Source: Bdellovibrionota bacterium (GTDB lineage Bacteria; Bdellovibrionota_C; UBA2361; JBIKUX01). Taken from it: a stretch of 64,000 bases of DNA. The DNA is taken from the NCBI GenBank assembly GCA_044347345.1, contig JBIKUX010000005.1, forward strand, positions 1 to 64,000, read 5' to 3'. Below, in pieces: positions 9,615 through 20,800 of this stretch. The notes beneath the pieces were generated by a model. That model made no database searches, was not told where the DNA came from, and was given only the letters and a program-made list of their open reading frames with translations. The position numbers and the translations under genes are program-made. Positions within the stretch are counted from its first letter, which is position 1; each line of letters begins with the position of its first letter.

Positions 9615-10746
9615 AAAAACTATCTCCTGATGTATAACATGCTAATTTTTCGCTGACACTATCAGAATCATTAGTCATGAGAGCTGCCAAAATTTTATCT
9701 CTAACTTGTTCAGCAGAAATAAGCGACATACAAATGTTACCAAATCCAGGGCAAACACGTTTCATACATGGAGTACACTTTAATGAGACTCTTACCACTC
9801 GATTTTCTTGTCCAAAGGGAGCTACTCTTTCCTCTGTTGTAGGACCAAACAAACCAACATAAGGAACACCAAGAGCTGCTGAGATATGACCAGGGCCTGA
9901 ATCTGGCCCTGCGGCCACAGAGCATACCGATAAAATGGCCAAAAGCTCTTTAAGAGTTGTAGCTCCTGCTAAAGATAACAAATTATTTTTGCTAACATTG
10001 CCACGCGAGCTTATTAATTCAACAATTCTATTAGCGAGCACAGCTTGAGTCTTATCGCCAAGTAATATTATAGAGCAACCAAGTGAGGAGTCCTTGAGTA
10101 GAAGTTCGATTAATCTAACATAACCGTAAATAGTCCAATCTTTTGTCTCCCAAGTTGAGCCCATTATCATACCAATGATTGGTTGCGAATTTTTGGCAAT
10201 ATTTTGAACTGATAAGGGTGCATCGCTGATTGTTACAGCTTTTGATAAACCAAAAGAAACGTTTTTATTATTCTCAACTCCTAGCAGAGGAAGAAACTGT
10301 AAATAATGATAAACTTTCGAAATTTTAGGGTCACACTGAGGGATGTGATCAGTATTAAATAACCAATTATACTCTTTTGAATCAGCTCTATTAAAGCCGA
10401 TGCGTCTTTGAGCTGGAATAGATCTTGAGAGAATACCGCTTTTAAGATGGCGCTGAAGATCTAAAACAACATCAAAAAATTTTCCCTCAATATCTTTTTT
10501 AAAGGTCTGATAAGCAGACAGACTTTTGACAGCCTTTGCAACAATAGATCCGGAGTAGGGTCTTTTAAACTCTATCACCGTATCAACATACGGGTTAAGC
10601 CTGACAATGCCGGCACTTTTAGGCTCAACAATCCAAGTAATGTGACAATCACGAAATGCCTCTTTAAGAGGGGGTAAAATGGCAAATGCTCGTACCACAT
10701 CACCAAGTGCACCTAAAAGGACGATAGCAATCGAAGTCTGCTTCAT
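9607..10746 (-). CDS. GT9 LPS heptosyltransferase (WaaC/WaaF-like)
   Basis: LGALGDVV, DLQRHLKS, DSGPGHISAALG, LFGPT, C-x-PC..R-x-C. ATG at 10746 preferred. Confidence 0.9.
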   Translation of the reverse strand: MKQTSIAIVLLGALGDVVRAFAILPPLKEAFRDCHITWIVEPKSAGIVRLNPYVDTVIEFKRPYSGSIVAKAVKSLSAYQTFKKDIEGKFFDVVLDLQRHLKSGILSRSIPAQRRIGFNRADSKEYNWLFNTDHIPQCDPKISKVYHYLQFLPLLGVENNKNVSFGLSKAVTISDAPLSVQNIAKNSQPIIGMIMGSTWETKDWTIYGYVRLIELLLKDSSLGCSIILLGDKTQAVLANRIVELISSRGNVSKNNLLSLAGATTLKELLAILSVCSVAAGPDSGPGHISAALGVPYVGLFGPTTEERVAPFGQENRVVRVSLKCTPCMKRVCPGFGNICMSLISAEQVRDKILAALMTNDSDSVSEKLACYTSGDSFYA

Positions 10747-10763
10747 TAGGTCACCAAAACAAA

Positions 10764-11510
10764 TTAGACAACAGTGTGGCGGCGGAGACCGAGACACATA
10801 AGAGACGAAAGAAATTCTGGAAGTTTATGTTTTATTACAGCGCGTCGCCATCTTCTCAAATAACGATCCCGCAACATAAGTGTTCCCCATTTCACAACCT
10901 GAGCTTTATCAAAATCCAAAAGATAAACTGTATTGCTCTTATCAATAACTACATTGCCTGGATGAAGGTCAAGATGAAACACTCCATTAGCTATCAATAA
11001 ATCGATCTGATGAAGAAGTGGCTCGAATAAAATTCGTGCTCGCTCAGGTTCATTTTTTGCCATTTCAGCAAGAGTTTGATGATAAGGAATTTCGCGAGTT
11101 GCAAGCCATGCTCTGTAGCATGGTAAAATCTGTCCTACTGAATCAGTCGCCGAATGATAAGCTGCCCACAAAACAGGCTCTGGAGCCATTATTCCAAGTG
11201 ATCTAACAAATAATAACATTTGGAATTCAGATTCGCTTCTGTAGGGGCCACGCTTTACATATCTTGAACGAACAAGTCGTCCAAGCAAACCTCCTCTATG
11301 ATAGCTCTTTATCACTATTGAACCCGAATCATTATGATAAACCAGTTGAATAGATGCTCTACCCTCAAGAATTCTCGGTTCGTTTTTATTTATACCTGCT
11401 ACAAATAATTTATTTTGTTTAAAATTAAAAATCTCCTTAATTATGTATTCAATACTACTTCTACTTAAAGTAGGACAATATCCGACAACATACCCGTCCA
11501 CTATATCCAT
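10764..11510 (-). CDS. kdkA: Kdo kinase (KdkA/WaaP LPS kinase family)
   Basis: GRA, KSYHRGG, HLDLHPGNV, LLDFDKA, Y-L-x-RWRR. ATG at 11510 preferred because the longer ORF overlaps the upstream GT9 by 136 nt. Confidence 0.8.
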   Translation of the reverse strand: MDIVDGYVVGYCPTLSRSSIEYIIKEIFNFKQNKLFVAGINKNEPRILEGRASIQLVYHNDSGSIVIKSYHRGGLLGRLVRSRYVKRGPYRSESEFQMLLFVRSLGIMAPEPVLWAAYHSATDSVGQILPCYRAWLATREIPYHQTLAEMAKNEPERARILFEPLLHQIDLLIANGVFHLDLHPGNVVIDKSNTVYLLDFDKAQVVKWGTLMLRDRYLRRWRRAVIKHKLPEFLSSLMCLGLRRHTVV

Positions 11511-11581
11511 CTTTACTTCAGGAGAGGAGCGCAAATTTGGCTCACTTGTTGGAGTAGTTGACACTGCCTTTCTCTCGGAAA

Positions 11582-12649
11582 CTATGGAGACAAGTGATAT
11601 TGAGTCGAAGTGCCCTGACTTAGGAAAGGAGGAGTCTCCTCTAGAAGTCTCATCACTGCTGTCATAACGTCTTTGGGCGCTACTCCCTTCATACATAACT
11701 CTGTTCCTGTTGGGCATGCTATACTTCCATGGCGTTTACATGGCTTACAATCCAGAGCTTCATGTTGCACTACTAAAGCTTGATTTTGCCAGGGTCCAAA
11801 ACCAAACCAAGGCGAAGTAGCGCAAAATATGGTCACTGTAGGAATTTTAAGGGCCGATCCGATATGCAGAGCCATACTGTCATTACATACCACTAATCTG
11901 GCTCGACTTACCATCCAAACTGTTTCATCCATTGATGTTACACCAGTAAAATCTCTCACTGCATCATCGGGAAATCCTTCGGCTACAAAAGAATTGTTAT
12001 TGCGCTCGTTAGGCGCTCCCATAATGCATACCCGATAACCTTTTGTAATTAAATTACTAACAATGCTGCGAAAACCCTCTTTGTGCCATCTTTTGGTTGC
12101 CCAAACACTAGATGGAAAAATAGAAACATAAGGACTATTTCCTTGGCACCAAGATTTAACCTCAGCACTTACACTTGATTCCGGCGGAATTACTAGGGTG
12201 AGATTAGTTGTAAGGTTTTTTGTAACTGAGTTATCTCCTAAAATAGAGAGGTTACGAATAACATCATGCTCGCCTACTGGTCTTGTTTTAAGTTCAGTAT
12301 AAAGAAAAGCCCCTTTAGCTGACTTAAATCCAACTCTGTAAGGGATATCAGCAAGGGCTAAAACTAAGCTTGTTCGAAGAGAACGGTGCAAAGAATACGC
12401 AACATCAAATTTATACTTCTTAAGTTCTTGTGCGAGATTCCAAATTCCGCGCAAGCCTTTTTGTTTACCTCTTTTTGCAAAGGGAATAACCCTATCAACT
12501 GATGAATTATATTTAAAAAAGACGGTAGCACCCGGAGTTGTGAGCACAGAGACGATTGCCCCACTATGATGCTGCTTAATTGCATCTGGAAGATGCGTTG
12601 ATAAAATACAATCTCCTAAAAAGCCTAATTGGACTAGTAAAATATTCAC
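11582..12649 (-). CDS. GT9 LPS heptosyltransferase (WaaF/WaaQ-like)
   Basis: GFLGDCIL, SVWATKRW, CNDSMALHIG, CKPCKRHG..CP. GTG start at 12649 assumed. Confidence 0.9.
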   Translation of the reverse strand: MNILLVQLGFLGDCILSTHLPDAIKQHHSGAIVSVLTTPGATVFFKYNSSVDRVIPFAKRGKQKGLRGIWNLAQELKKYKFDVAYSLHRSLRTSLVLALADIPYRVGFKSAKGAFLYTELKTRPVGEHDVIRNLSILGDNSVTKNLTTNLTLVIPPESSVSAEVKSWCQGNSPYVSIFPSSVWATKRWHKEGFRSIVSNLITKGYRVCIMGAPNERNNNSFVAEGFPDDAVRDFTGVTSMDETVWMVSRARLVVCNDSMALHIGSALKIPTVTIFCATSPWFGFGPWQNQALVVQHEALDCKPCKRHGSIACPTGTELCMKGVAPKDVMTAVMRLLEETPPFLSQGTSTQYHLSP

Positions 12650-12672
12650 AATATTAACTATAACAGCGTTAT

Positions 12673-13638
12673 CTATAATTGTCGCCTGGAAGATTGCTGC
12701 CGCTCTTTTTTCATCCATTCAATCTGACGCCCAAGACCTTCTCTAATAGAAATCATTGGAGTGTAATCAAGCATTAGTTGTGCCTTTTTTATTAAAGCTG
12801 AAGTTCTCAGCTGATCTCCGTTTCTGGGTGGTTTATATTCAATACGGACATCTTGTCCGCACAGCTCTGACACAATACGAATCCCTTCATTTGTAGTTAT
12901 CTCTGAGTCTGACCCAATATTAAAGATTTCTCCCTTCCAACTCTCTGGGACTGCAATAATCCGGAGAAATCCCGAGATAATATCATCAATGTAGGTAAAA
13001 CTCCTCGAGTGGTGTTCACTGCCTTTGTGCAATGGAAAAGGAGTCTTATCGAGAGTAGCAGCTATTAGCCTCGGATATAGTTTGTCGGGACGTTCTCTTG
13101 GACCATAGACTGAAAACAGTCGAAGCGAACAAGCTGGCAGGCTTTTCTCTCGATTGGCGGCCAAAACCAACTGCTCTGCGGCTAGTTTTGTAACACCATA
13201 ATGCGAAGTTGGTTTTGCAGGTGAATCTTCAGAGTCTGTTGCATTTTTACCGTATACTGAGGATGTAGCGACATTAACAAAACATTTTAAATTTTGAGCC
13301 TGTACTAAGCACGCTTCTATCAACCGGTGGGTGGCAATGATGTTATTACGCACATATTGATCAAATGATGTAACCGCAGAAATACCAGGCTGAGCCGCAC
13401 AGTGATATATAAATTCCGCCTTTTTAACAAAAGGAATGAGATCTGTTAAGACCAAATCTCCTTCTATAATTTCGCCACCAGCTTGACGCACAACGTTGGC
13501 GTTAAGCTCTTTTAACTCTCGGGCATAGTATGAGTCAAATGAATCGATACCAACAACTGTGTGACCAAGCTTGAGAGCAGCTTCAGCGAAATGAGACCCT
13601 ATAAATCCGGCGATTCCAGTAATAAAAAGCGATGCCAT
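12673..13638 (-). CDS. NAD-dependent nucleotide-sugar epimerase/dehydratase
   Basis: GIAGFIG, AAQPG, TSSVYG, YGVTK (YxxxK), FSVYGPRERPD. Confidence 0.93.
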   Translation of the reverse strand: MASLFITGIAGFIGSHFAEAALKLGHTVVGIDSFDSYYARELKELNANVVRQAGGEIIEGDLVLTDLIPFVKKAEFIYHCAAQPGISAVTSFDQYVRNNIIATHRLIEACLVQAQNLKCFVNVATSSVYGKNATDSEDSPAKPTSHYGVTKLAAEQLVLAANREKSLPACSLRLFSVYGPRERPDKLYPRLIAATLDKTPFPLHKGSEHHSRSFTYIDDIISGFLRIIAVPESWKGEIFNIGSDSEITTNEGIRIVSELCGQDVRIEYKPPRNGDQLRTSALIKKAQLMLDYTPMISIREGLGRQIEWMKKERQQSSRRQL

Positions 13639-13806
13639 AGAAAATTTATAAAACTCTAGCCGTATTAAAAATACCGGTAGTCTAATCTCAGGCTGTTTTC
13701 TACCTTTCCCGTTAGTCTACTCTGGAAGCACCTAACTGATCAAAGATTCTCTCCCCCTCCCTGTCTTTTTCATTTCTTCTCTCAAATCAGTAACAAAAGA
13801 AGAACA

Positions 13807-16800
13807 ATGTTTCTATTTAGTACCCGTATACGTGCAAAAACAGAACAACCTTCTATTGCAATGTTTCAAATCAGCCCTAACCCGTCAGAAAATCTTACTT
13901 CTCAGAGCACCAATAGTAATAATTCTCACCTACCATTACCAGTCCCTAACAATTTAAATGGTTTAGACCCTGAACTTATAAAATACTATCTAAAAAATTT
14001 TTGGGACTTATTGGATACCTTTATAGTAGATGCCCAAAACAAACCTTTTTACACTTTGGCATTACAGGAAATTCAAACAAACTCATTAGCTCTTGATATT
14101 GTAATTGAATCAGCAGCCATATCAGAGCAGAATAACTATATAAACGAACTTAAAATTTATCTAACCAAGTGTTTTCTTACACAATATTGGCACCCATCCT
14201 TAGTAGAAACATTCTATAGCCTGCTAAATAAACACAACTTAGCAACTTTTTCACTAAGTGATACCTTCCAAGAGGCTCTCAGAGCTACTGCAGATTTTGC
14301 CGCCGTAAACTTTTACTCGTTAGATGATGACGAAATCCAAAAATCGTGTAGCGAAGCTTCTAGGGAACTATTCAGACTAATTGAAAGTTCCGACTCCTCC
14401 ACTCTTGATTTTCAAGGCTTAAAAACATCCATTCTAAATTTCTTAAAAGAATGGATCTCCTCTGGATGCTCTAAAGAAAATTTTTGGACATTAGTCAATG
14501 AACAAAAAATATCCCTCGTATCACCTCTACAGTGTCCTATCAAAACAGCAAGCACTGTCGAAACAGCAAGCACTGTCGTCCACCAAGAAAAACCAACTCA
14601 AGGGGAAATACAAATCCCCCCTAAGAATCTAAGACTAATACAAGGCCTAATTTTATCTTCAATCCTACGGTGGTTAAATAGAGAACAATGTGACCAAAAT
14701 GAAAATATTGGTGTTATCACTTTACCTCATGGAGCCGGCAAGACCGATTCTCTCTTAGTTCTTGGTAACCTATTACTCGCTCAAAACAAAAAAGTTGTAA
14801 TTATCGTAAGCCATGAGGGTCTTTACCCCAAATACCGAGAGCTTTGTCCAAATACAGAATTAACTACGTATAGCAAATTTGACCACCAAGAACTTGACTG
14901 CACAAACACCGTAATTCTAGCTGACGACCCCCCACCAAGATTTGCCGGTCTTGTGTCTGTTAACAGTTCAACTCATGTGGTAATTTTTACCAGTAAACTT
15001 CCTCCGCTCCAATCACCGCAAATCACTAACCTTTCCTCAGAAATAATCCCAGAGGATATTCTAAAAAAACAATTAGAATTAACATCCCCAATTTTTAACT
15101 CACCTAAAATAATTTCTACAGATAATCAATATGAAAACTTGTCTGAGCTAGCTGAAACTGCAGAAGGCAATATCGTCGTTTTTGTTAAAACTCGAAAAGA
15201 AGCTAAAGAATTGTATGAATATTTAAGGGATAAGTTTCATGTTGCCAAATATACCGGCGAAACGCCCCCAGAGCAACGTGCACTAATACTCGATAAGTTT
15301 AAGGATAGTACAAATACACCTCAGATTCTCATTGTCACTACCATCGGACAAACTCATCACCACCAATTTCCAGCTACGACTGTTATTTTTTTTGGGTCTC
15401 ACTGCTCGAACCCAGATATTCAGGAAAAACTATCCACCGTTGCAAATAGTTCGACACCGATAAATGTCATATTCTTAATTAATAAGGGAGAGCCCGAGCC
15501 ACCACTAAACCAAATTAACCGACCACCTACATTACTTAGTTTACCTGCGCAACATCTCTATCCTCACCGACCAAAGAATACCCTACAACTTACAATACCA
15601 AGTAATCGTGACACTACCTTAATCAATGAGAAAATTGGTACTAAATCGAACTCTAAAGTTCTTAATCTACCAGAAAACCTCCTCAAACTATATCGGCTCT
15701 ATTTAGGCAATTTTTTTGAAAAACTAAAATGGCTTGAATTGCTTGTTACTCTCAAAGCAGAAGAATATGTGCTTCCACAGTTTCAAATTAAGGCAAATAT
15801 CGCTGATTTTGTAATCCATAATGAGAATGGAGAACCAATCAAAGTAATAGAAACAAAATGGGGTGGAACGAATCATCAAGGAACACTCGATAATATAACG
15901 GCTCACCTCACTAAAATTATTGAAGGAATAATAGAAAAATTTGGTAACCAAACTTCTACTCCTAAATTTGAACTGCATACTTTTCAAAGTATTTCCGAAA
16001 AAAAAACAAGATTTTTTGGAGTGACTGTTAAATCTATGCATGAACAAAGTCATCCCTTAATAAAAGAACTTTTCATGCTAGTTGCCGCCGAGCTTCGTGA
16101 ATTTGCAAAAACTACTGATCTAGCAAGCCTTAAATTAATAGAAGAGCATATTGAAAAAATTATCTGTGAAATTGTTGGGATAGAATCTTTTAAAGATTTG
16201 ATAAATTTAACGGTAGATAAAAGCAAAAATAGAGATCTTACAGAATTGAGCGAAAAGTTTAACCGCCTAAAAAATTCATTGCAAAAAAATTCATCGGCCG
16301 ATTTTGATTTTACAAGTCCTATTACTCAAGAACCTGGAACAGTAACACAAGGATCTCGATTTGAAGTTCTTGAGAAATGTTTGCGAAATTCTTTACAACA
16401 TACTCTTAATCAATTGGTGTGGCCACCAAACAGTAATAGCCCTACAAAACGACAATTTAATGAGTCGCATGTAACCACAGAAATCCGTAGAAAAATACGC
16501 AGTAAGAGTTGGTTCCCCTCATCGAATACAGTGAATTATGTCACAATCAGCATTAACCAAGCTATCATATCAATCAATGCGTATTTATCTGATCCGAATA
16601 CATCGCAAACAAACCAAAAAAAATTATACTTAAAGATATCAGAGGCATTAAGCGAGCTCTCTATGATATTAAGCAAACCATTTCCGAGCCTAAGCAATGA
16701 GTTAACTAACGTTAAAACTCTAAGCGGTGCAATCAAAACTCTAAATGGCATCTCTCATAATCTCTATATATTAAAGTTTGTGATGATGACAGGTGAGACT

Positions 16801-17613
16801 TCTAATAAACGCGAAATGCATAAGAAGTTATTCTGGCTCAAGAATTGTTCAGATTTGACTGAATCTGTTGTTACGCTACTACAAGCAATAACTAAATTAA
16901 AAAATAATGAAAGGATTACTGACAATACTAGTAACCAAATGAAACAACCCCCCACTATTACTTGGAGCGATTTAACAGATTTTTTTGATAAAACTTCATT
17001 CCCAACTGAGGGGTTTCTTCAAAATGGTCAAAGCATCATGCAAGAGATGCTTGCTTCCCAAAAATTATTACTACGATTATCTGATGAAACGAAAGAAAAG
17101 CCTTGGTGGGCTAATTGGGGTAGTAGAATTAAAAACCAGATTGAATATTTATCTCCAGACCTACAAGAAGTTTTTCCCCAAATAACATTAGACAACTTAA
17201 ACAGTGCGGCTCATGTTTTAATAAGCAAAAAAGAGACCTTGGTTCTAATAAATAAGTTAGTCTCTCTACTGAGTAGTGAAAAATCTGAACCAGCAGACTT
17301 AAAAACCGAATTTGAGGAGCTCTATGCTTATGTTATTTCTTTGGACCCTGAGCAGACAGATCAGACAGAGCAGACACAAACTTCTGTGACCAAGGCTCAC
17401 ATCCTAAAGTTATTTAACTCCTTTAATAATAAACTAAACAAAACTTTTAATTTTACCAGAGGTCGAGACAATCTGGAGAATAATTTAAAACGTATGTGTT
17501 ACTATTATATAATTTATGAACTTGAAAAGTTCCAAACTGAAATTTCACCTATAACCGGCTCACCTCTTACACAACTACTTATTCAGTTACGATTGAATAA
17601 ATACGGAAGCTAA
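13807..17613 (+). CDS. Large orphan: degenerate SF2 helicase core plus PD-(D/E)xK-like nuclease motif and helical C-terminus
   Basis: Walker A LPHGAGKT (about 14720-14745); Walker B-like VILADD; helicase-C IVVFVKTRKEA...YTGETPPEQR...ILIVTT; GNFFE...IADFV...VIETK (about 15700-15860). May start at ATG 13861. Confidence 0.65.
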   Translation: MFLFSTRIRAKTEQPSIAMFQISPNPSENLTSQSTNSNNSHLPLPVPNNLNGLDPELIKYYLKNFWDLLDTFIVDAQNKPFYTLALQEIQTNSLALDIVIESAAISEQNNYINELKIYLTKCFLTQYWHPSLVETFYSLLNKHNLATFSLSDTFQEALRATADFAAVNFYSLDDDEIQKSCSEASRELFRLIESSDSSTLDFQGLKTSILNFLKEWISSGCSKENFWTLVNEQKISLVSPLQCPIKTASTVETASTVVHQEKPTQGEIQIPPKNLRLIQGLILSSILRWLNREQCDQNENIGVITLPHGAGKTDSLLVLGNLLLAQNKKVVIIVSHEGLYPKYRELCPNTELTTYSKFDHQELDCTNTVILADDPPPRFAGLVSVNSSTHVVIFTSKLPPLQSPQITNLSSEIIPEDILKKQLELTSPIFNSPKIISTDNQYENLSELAETAEGNIVVFVKTRKEAKELYEYLRDKFHVAKYTGETPPEQRALILDKFKDSTNTPQILIVTTIGQTHHHQFPATTVIFFGSHCSNPDIQEKLSTVANSSTPINVIFLINKGEPEPPLNQINRPPTLLSLPAQHLYPHRPKNTLQLTIPSNRDTTLINEKIGTKSNSKVLNLPENLLKLYRLYLGNFFEKLKWLELLVTLKAEEYVLPQFQIKANIADFVIHNENGEPIKVIETKWGGTNHQGTLDNITAHLTKIIEGIIEKFGNQTSTPKFELHTFQSISEKKTRFFGVTVKSMHEQSHPLIKELFMLVAAELREFAKTTDLASLKLIEEHIEKIICEIVGIESFKDLINLTVDKSKNRDLTELSEKFNRLKNSLQKNSSADFDFTSPITQEPGTVTQGSRFEVLEKCLRNSLQHTLNQLVWPPNSNSPTKRQFNESHVTTEIRRKIRSKSWFPSSNTVNYVTISINQAIISINAYLSDPNTSQTNQKKLYLKISEALSELSMILSKPFPSLSNELTNVKTLSGAIKTLNGISHNLYILKFVMMTGETSNKREMHKKLFWLKNCSDLTESVVTLLQAITKLKNNERITDNTSNQMKQPPTITWSDLTDFFDKTSFPTEGFLQNGQSIMQEMLASQKLLLRLSDETKEKPWWANWGSRIKNQIEYLSPDLQEVFPQITLDNLNSAAHVLISKKETLVLINKLVSLLSSEKSEPADLKTEFEELYAYVISLDPEQTDQTEQTQTSVTKAHILKLFNSFNNKLNKTFNFTRGRDNLENNLKRMCYYYIIYELEKFQTEISPITGSPLTQLLIQLRLNKYGS
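14543..14578. repeat. 18-bp in-frame tandem duplication (TASTVE/TASTVV)
   Basis: AAACAGCAAGCACTGTCG x2. Confidence 0.9.
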
Positions 17614-17876
17614 TTAACTTTATCTATCTCATTTAAAATATCAATGACTGCCTCATACAGAGTGATTGGGATATTACTTTCCACGTTCAAATTAGTAAGA
17701 GTAGGACGAAGTTCTGGGCGATAGACGATGGGTATATTATACTTTTTAGCAGTCGCAATAATAATAGAACCTATTTCATGACTTCCCTTAGCCGACACAA
17801 ACGGAGCGTCATCTACATCTTCATTAAAAGCAAGAGCTAATACTAACTTATCTGAAAGGCCTTCACCGTTTTTCAT
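17610..17876 (-). CDS. SctU/FlhB C-terminal (post-cleavage, FlhX-like) domain
   Basis: LALAF...APFVSAKG....IIATAKKYNIPIV...L...IP..LYEAV..IL is the FlhB/SctU CC subdomain. Confidence 0.88.
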   Translation of the reverse strand: MKNGEGLSDKLVLALAFNEDVDDAPFVSAKGSHEIGSIIIATAKKYNIPIVYRPELRPTLTNLNVESNIPITLYEAVIDILNEIDKVN

Positions 17877-17885
17877 TTCGAGAAA

Positions 17886-20800
17886 CTATCCTTTTACTAA
17901 AGCTTGGTCGCTTGGTTTATTTTTATTATCTAAGCCAAATTCATTAACTCTTAAGGCCATAACACGCCGAGTTACTGCATGAATCTTCCAAACATCAAAT
18001 GGCTTTCCTATGACCTCGAATCTCTCTCGATTAAGAGCTCTTATACTCTGCCAACGACCTGCCTCGTCAGAAACAAGACAAATATGCAGTGAAGGTGGAG
18101 TCCCAAGAAGATCATTAATATCAAAATGAGGATTATCAGCATAGGCGATGATAATCGCAGTAGAATTTAATGTAGCCGATACTTCAGAAATAGAACGGCC
18201 AAAAGCGACTACTACTCCCTGAGCTTCAAACCGAGTTGCTACCCTGTGCTCCTCCTCTTCTGGAAATCCTATAAGCACAACCTCAGCAACTATTCCTGAG
18301 GCAAGACGTTGAAGAGATTTTTCCTTTGAATTGATACTGCCTATTACAGCACGCGGAAGAAATACGCTAAACATTGAGCCTCGACCCGACTCGGTTGTAA
18401 CCGTTAAGTGACCTTGATGATGCCTAAGCACTGAATAAGCTGTAGACAATCCAAGACCTGCACCAGTTATGCCAATGCCGAGCCTAGAATCAACATTTTT
18501 AGTCGTAAAAAACGGCTCAAAACACCGAGATTCTTCCTCTGATGTCATTCCCTTTCCATTATCGGCTATATCTATTCGAATATAATCACCAGGAATGAGT
18601 AATCCATCAACATCACTTGGAGCTACAGCTACCTCCCCAACTGATATTACTATTCTTGGATTGTAGTGCTTATCATTTATTAAACGACCCTCAATAGCTT
18701 CCTTCGCGTTAATGAGTACGGTAGAGAAAACCTGTTGTAGGAGTTCATGATCACCGTATACTGGAAGCTCTTCATCAGGAACATTTATTTCAACTAACGT
18801 AGTAGCCCCAACAATTGTACGGTAGTAACTTGTTGATGTCTTTATTAACTCACCAATATTAACAATAGTTCTGACCTCCGGTTTGTGCGGGGAAAAGTGT
18901 AGAAGATGAGCAATTAAATTAGTGCCTCTCTCAGCAGCCGCCAGTATAGACGAGGATGCTTTGTGAATAGCACTATCTTTTGTTGCTTGCATTTCTATTA
19001 AAGACGCTTGTCCCATTACAGCCTGAAGGAGATTGTTAAAATTATGCGCTACCCCAGATGCTAAAACTCCAGCGGCTCGCATCTTCTCTGAAATAGCCAT
19101 CTTTTCCTCGAATCGTCTTGCAAGCATTACTGTTGCTAATTCTGTGGCCATACTGGAGAGCAATGGGAGTTTTTTTTGTGAAAAAAAAGCTCCTGCATGA
19201 ATTGGTTCTACTATCAATACTCCAATTGTTTGAGAAAGAGCTGTCAACGGAACAATTACCACTGCCCCTATTTCAAGAGTTCGAGCAACCCGAGATAAAG
19301 AGATACAATCTGAAGAGGAAGCTTTATCAATAATTGTGGGATTACCTGATTCCAGTACTTGTTGTAGCTGCCGCTCAGTGGAGCGCATCTCTATCCTCAG
19401 AGTCTCAAGCGATTTACGCATCCCCGGACCGACTCCAGCCTGTCCAACTAGATGGCTACCGGCTTCATTGATAACACCAAGCCACATTCTTTTACAGGCT
19501 AGTTCTTCTTGAATTATCGGAAAGGCTGCAAGTCCTATATCTCTCGGACTTAAGTGTTTTGAAACTTCATGGCTTAAACGGTAAAGCGCGGCATAAGAAT
19601 CGGCTTGTCGCTTTTGATTTAAATAAAACTCTGCACGACGTCCAGCAACACCTATTTGACTAGCGGCCGCCAACGCAAAATCAAAATCACCTTGAGTAAA
19701 TTTAAAGGCATCTGGACTATACACGGCTACTGCCCCGAGTGGCATATCTTCGTCTAATAAAGGAACAACAACAGCCGACCGAAGACCTTGCTCAGCTAGC
19801 AAAAAACCGGAATATCGCGGGTCTTTTGGCAGATCATCAATCAATACTCCTTTTCCACTCTCAATTATTGATCTGGTAAGAGACCCAGCTTGAAGGCGCG
19901 ACTCTAACATCTCGACTGTTTTAATTGGAAGACCGTGAGAAGCTATCACCTCAAGTTGTCCACTTGCTCGGTCGAAGAAAGTCACATATCCACACTGAGC
20001 TCCTGTTGCCTCAATCAAAGCATGCAATCCTCTCTCTGTTACTAACCGTGGCTCACTACCGAATTCAAGCGCTCGAGTCATCCGATATAAAGCATTAAGG
20101 CGCCTCTTATTTAACATTCGCTCGTGATCAATACGCTTGGTATCAGATACATCCGTAACTATAACTTCCCAACCTAAAAAAACCGTATCAGTCTCAGGAT
20201 TAAAATCGTCTTTTACTGACCCACTAATATGAGGAGCATCACCGTAGTGAGGGACTACCATTAAAGACAGCCACCTCATCCCACGCCCATTTGGAAGTTC
20301 TACTTGAATATCATCTTGCAATGGAATTCTAGCTAATAAATACCGCCGAAATTTGCGCATGATCTTAGCGCGATGAACACGAGGAATAAGTCGAGCAATA
20401 TCTTCATTACCTAAAAGTTTGGTTAAAATTAACGCATACGGTGGAATTCCTACAATCCGGCTCACATCTCCAGATACTGAGAGAATAGTGAGCTCAGAGT
20501 CGGTGCGTAATACAACAGCTCCAGCATAATCAATAAGCCTTTTGTACTGAACTTTTACCTCAAGTAATTTACTCTGAAAACTGCGGCGACCACTTGGTAA
20601 AATTACACAAGCAAACCGTTGACTACTTTGTTCACCCTCTCCTAGTCTAAAAATATGTACTGTATGATCACCTACGGCGGCTAACGGACCCTCTCCTCTC
20701 CAATCACATCGCTGATAGACGCTACCCTGATCTATCAAATGAGCCAAAGTTGTAAGTATGGCTTGAGCTTGAGTTCGAGATAAATATTCTTCACTAAGCT

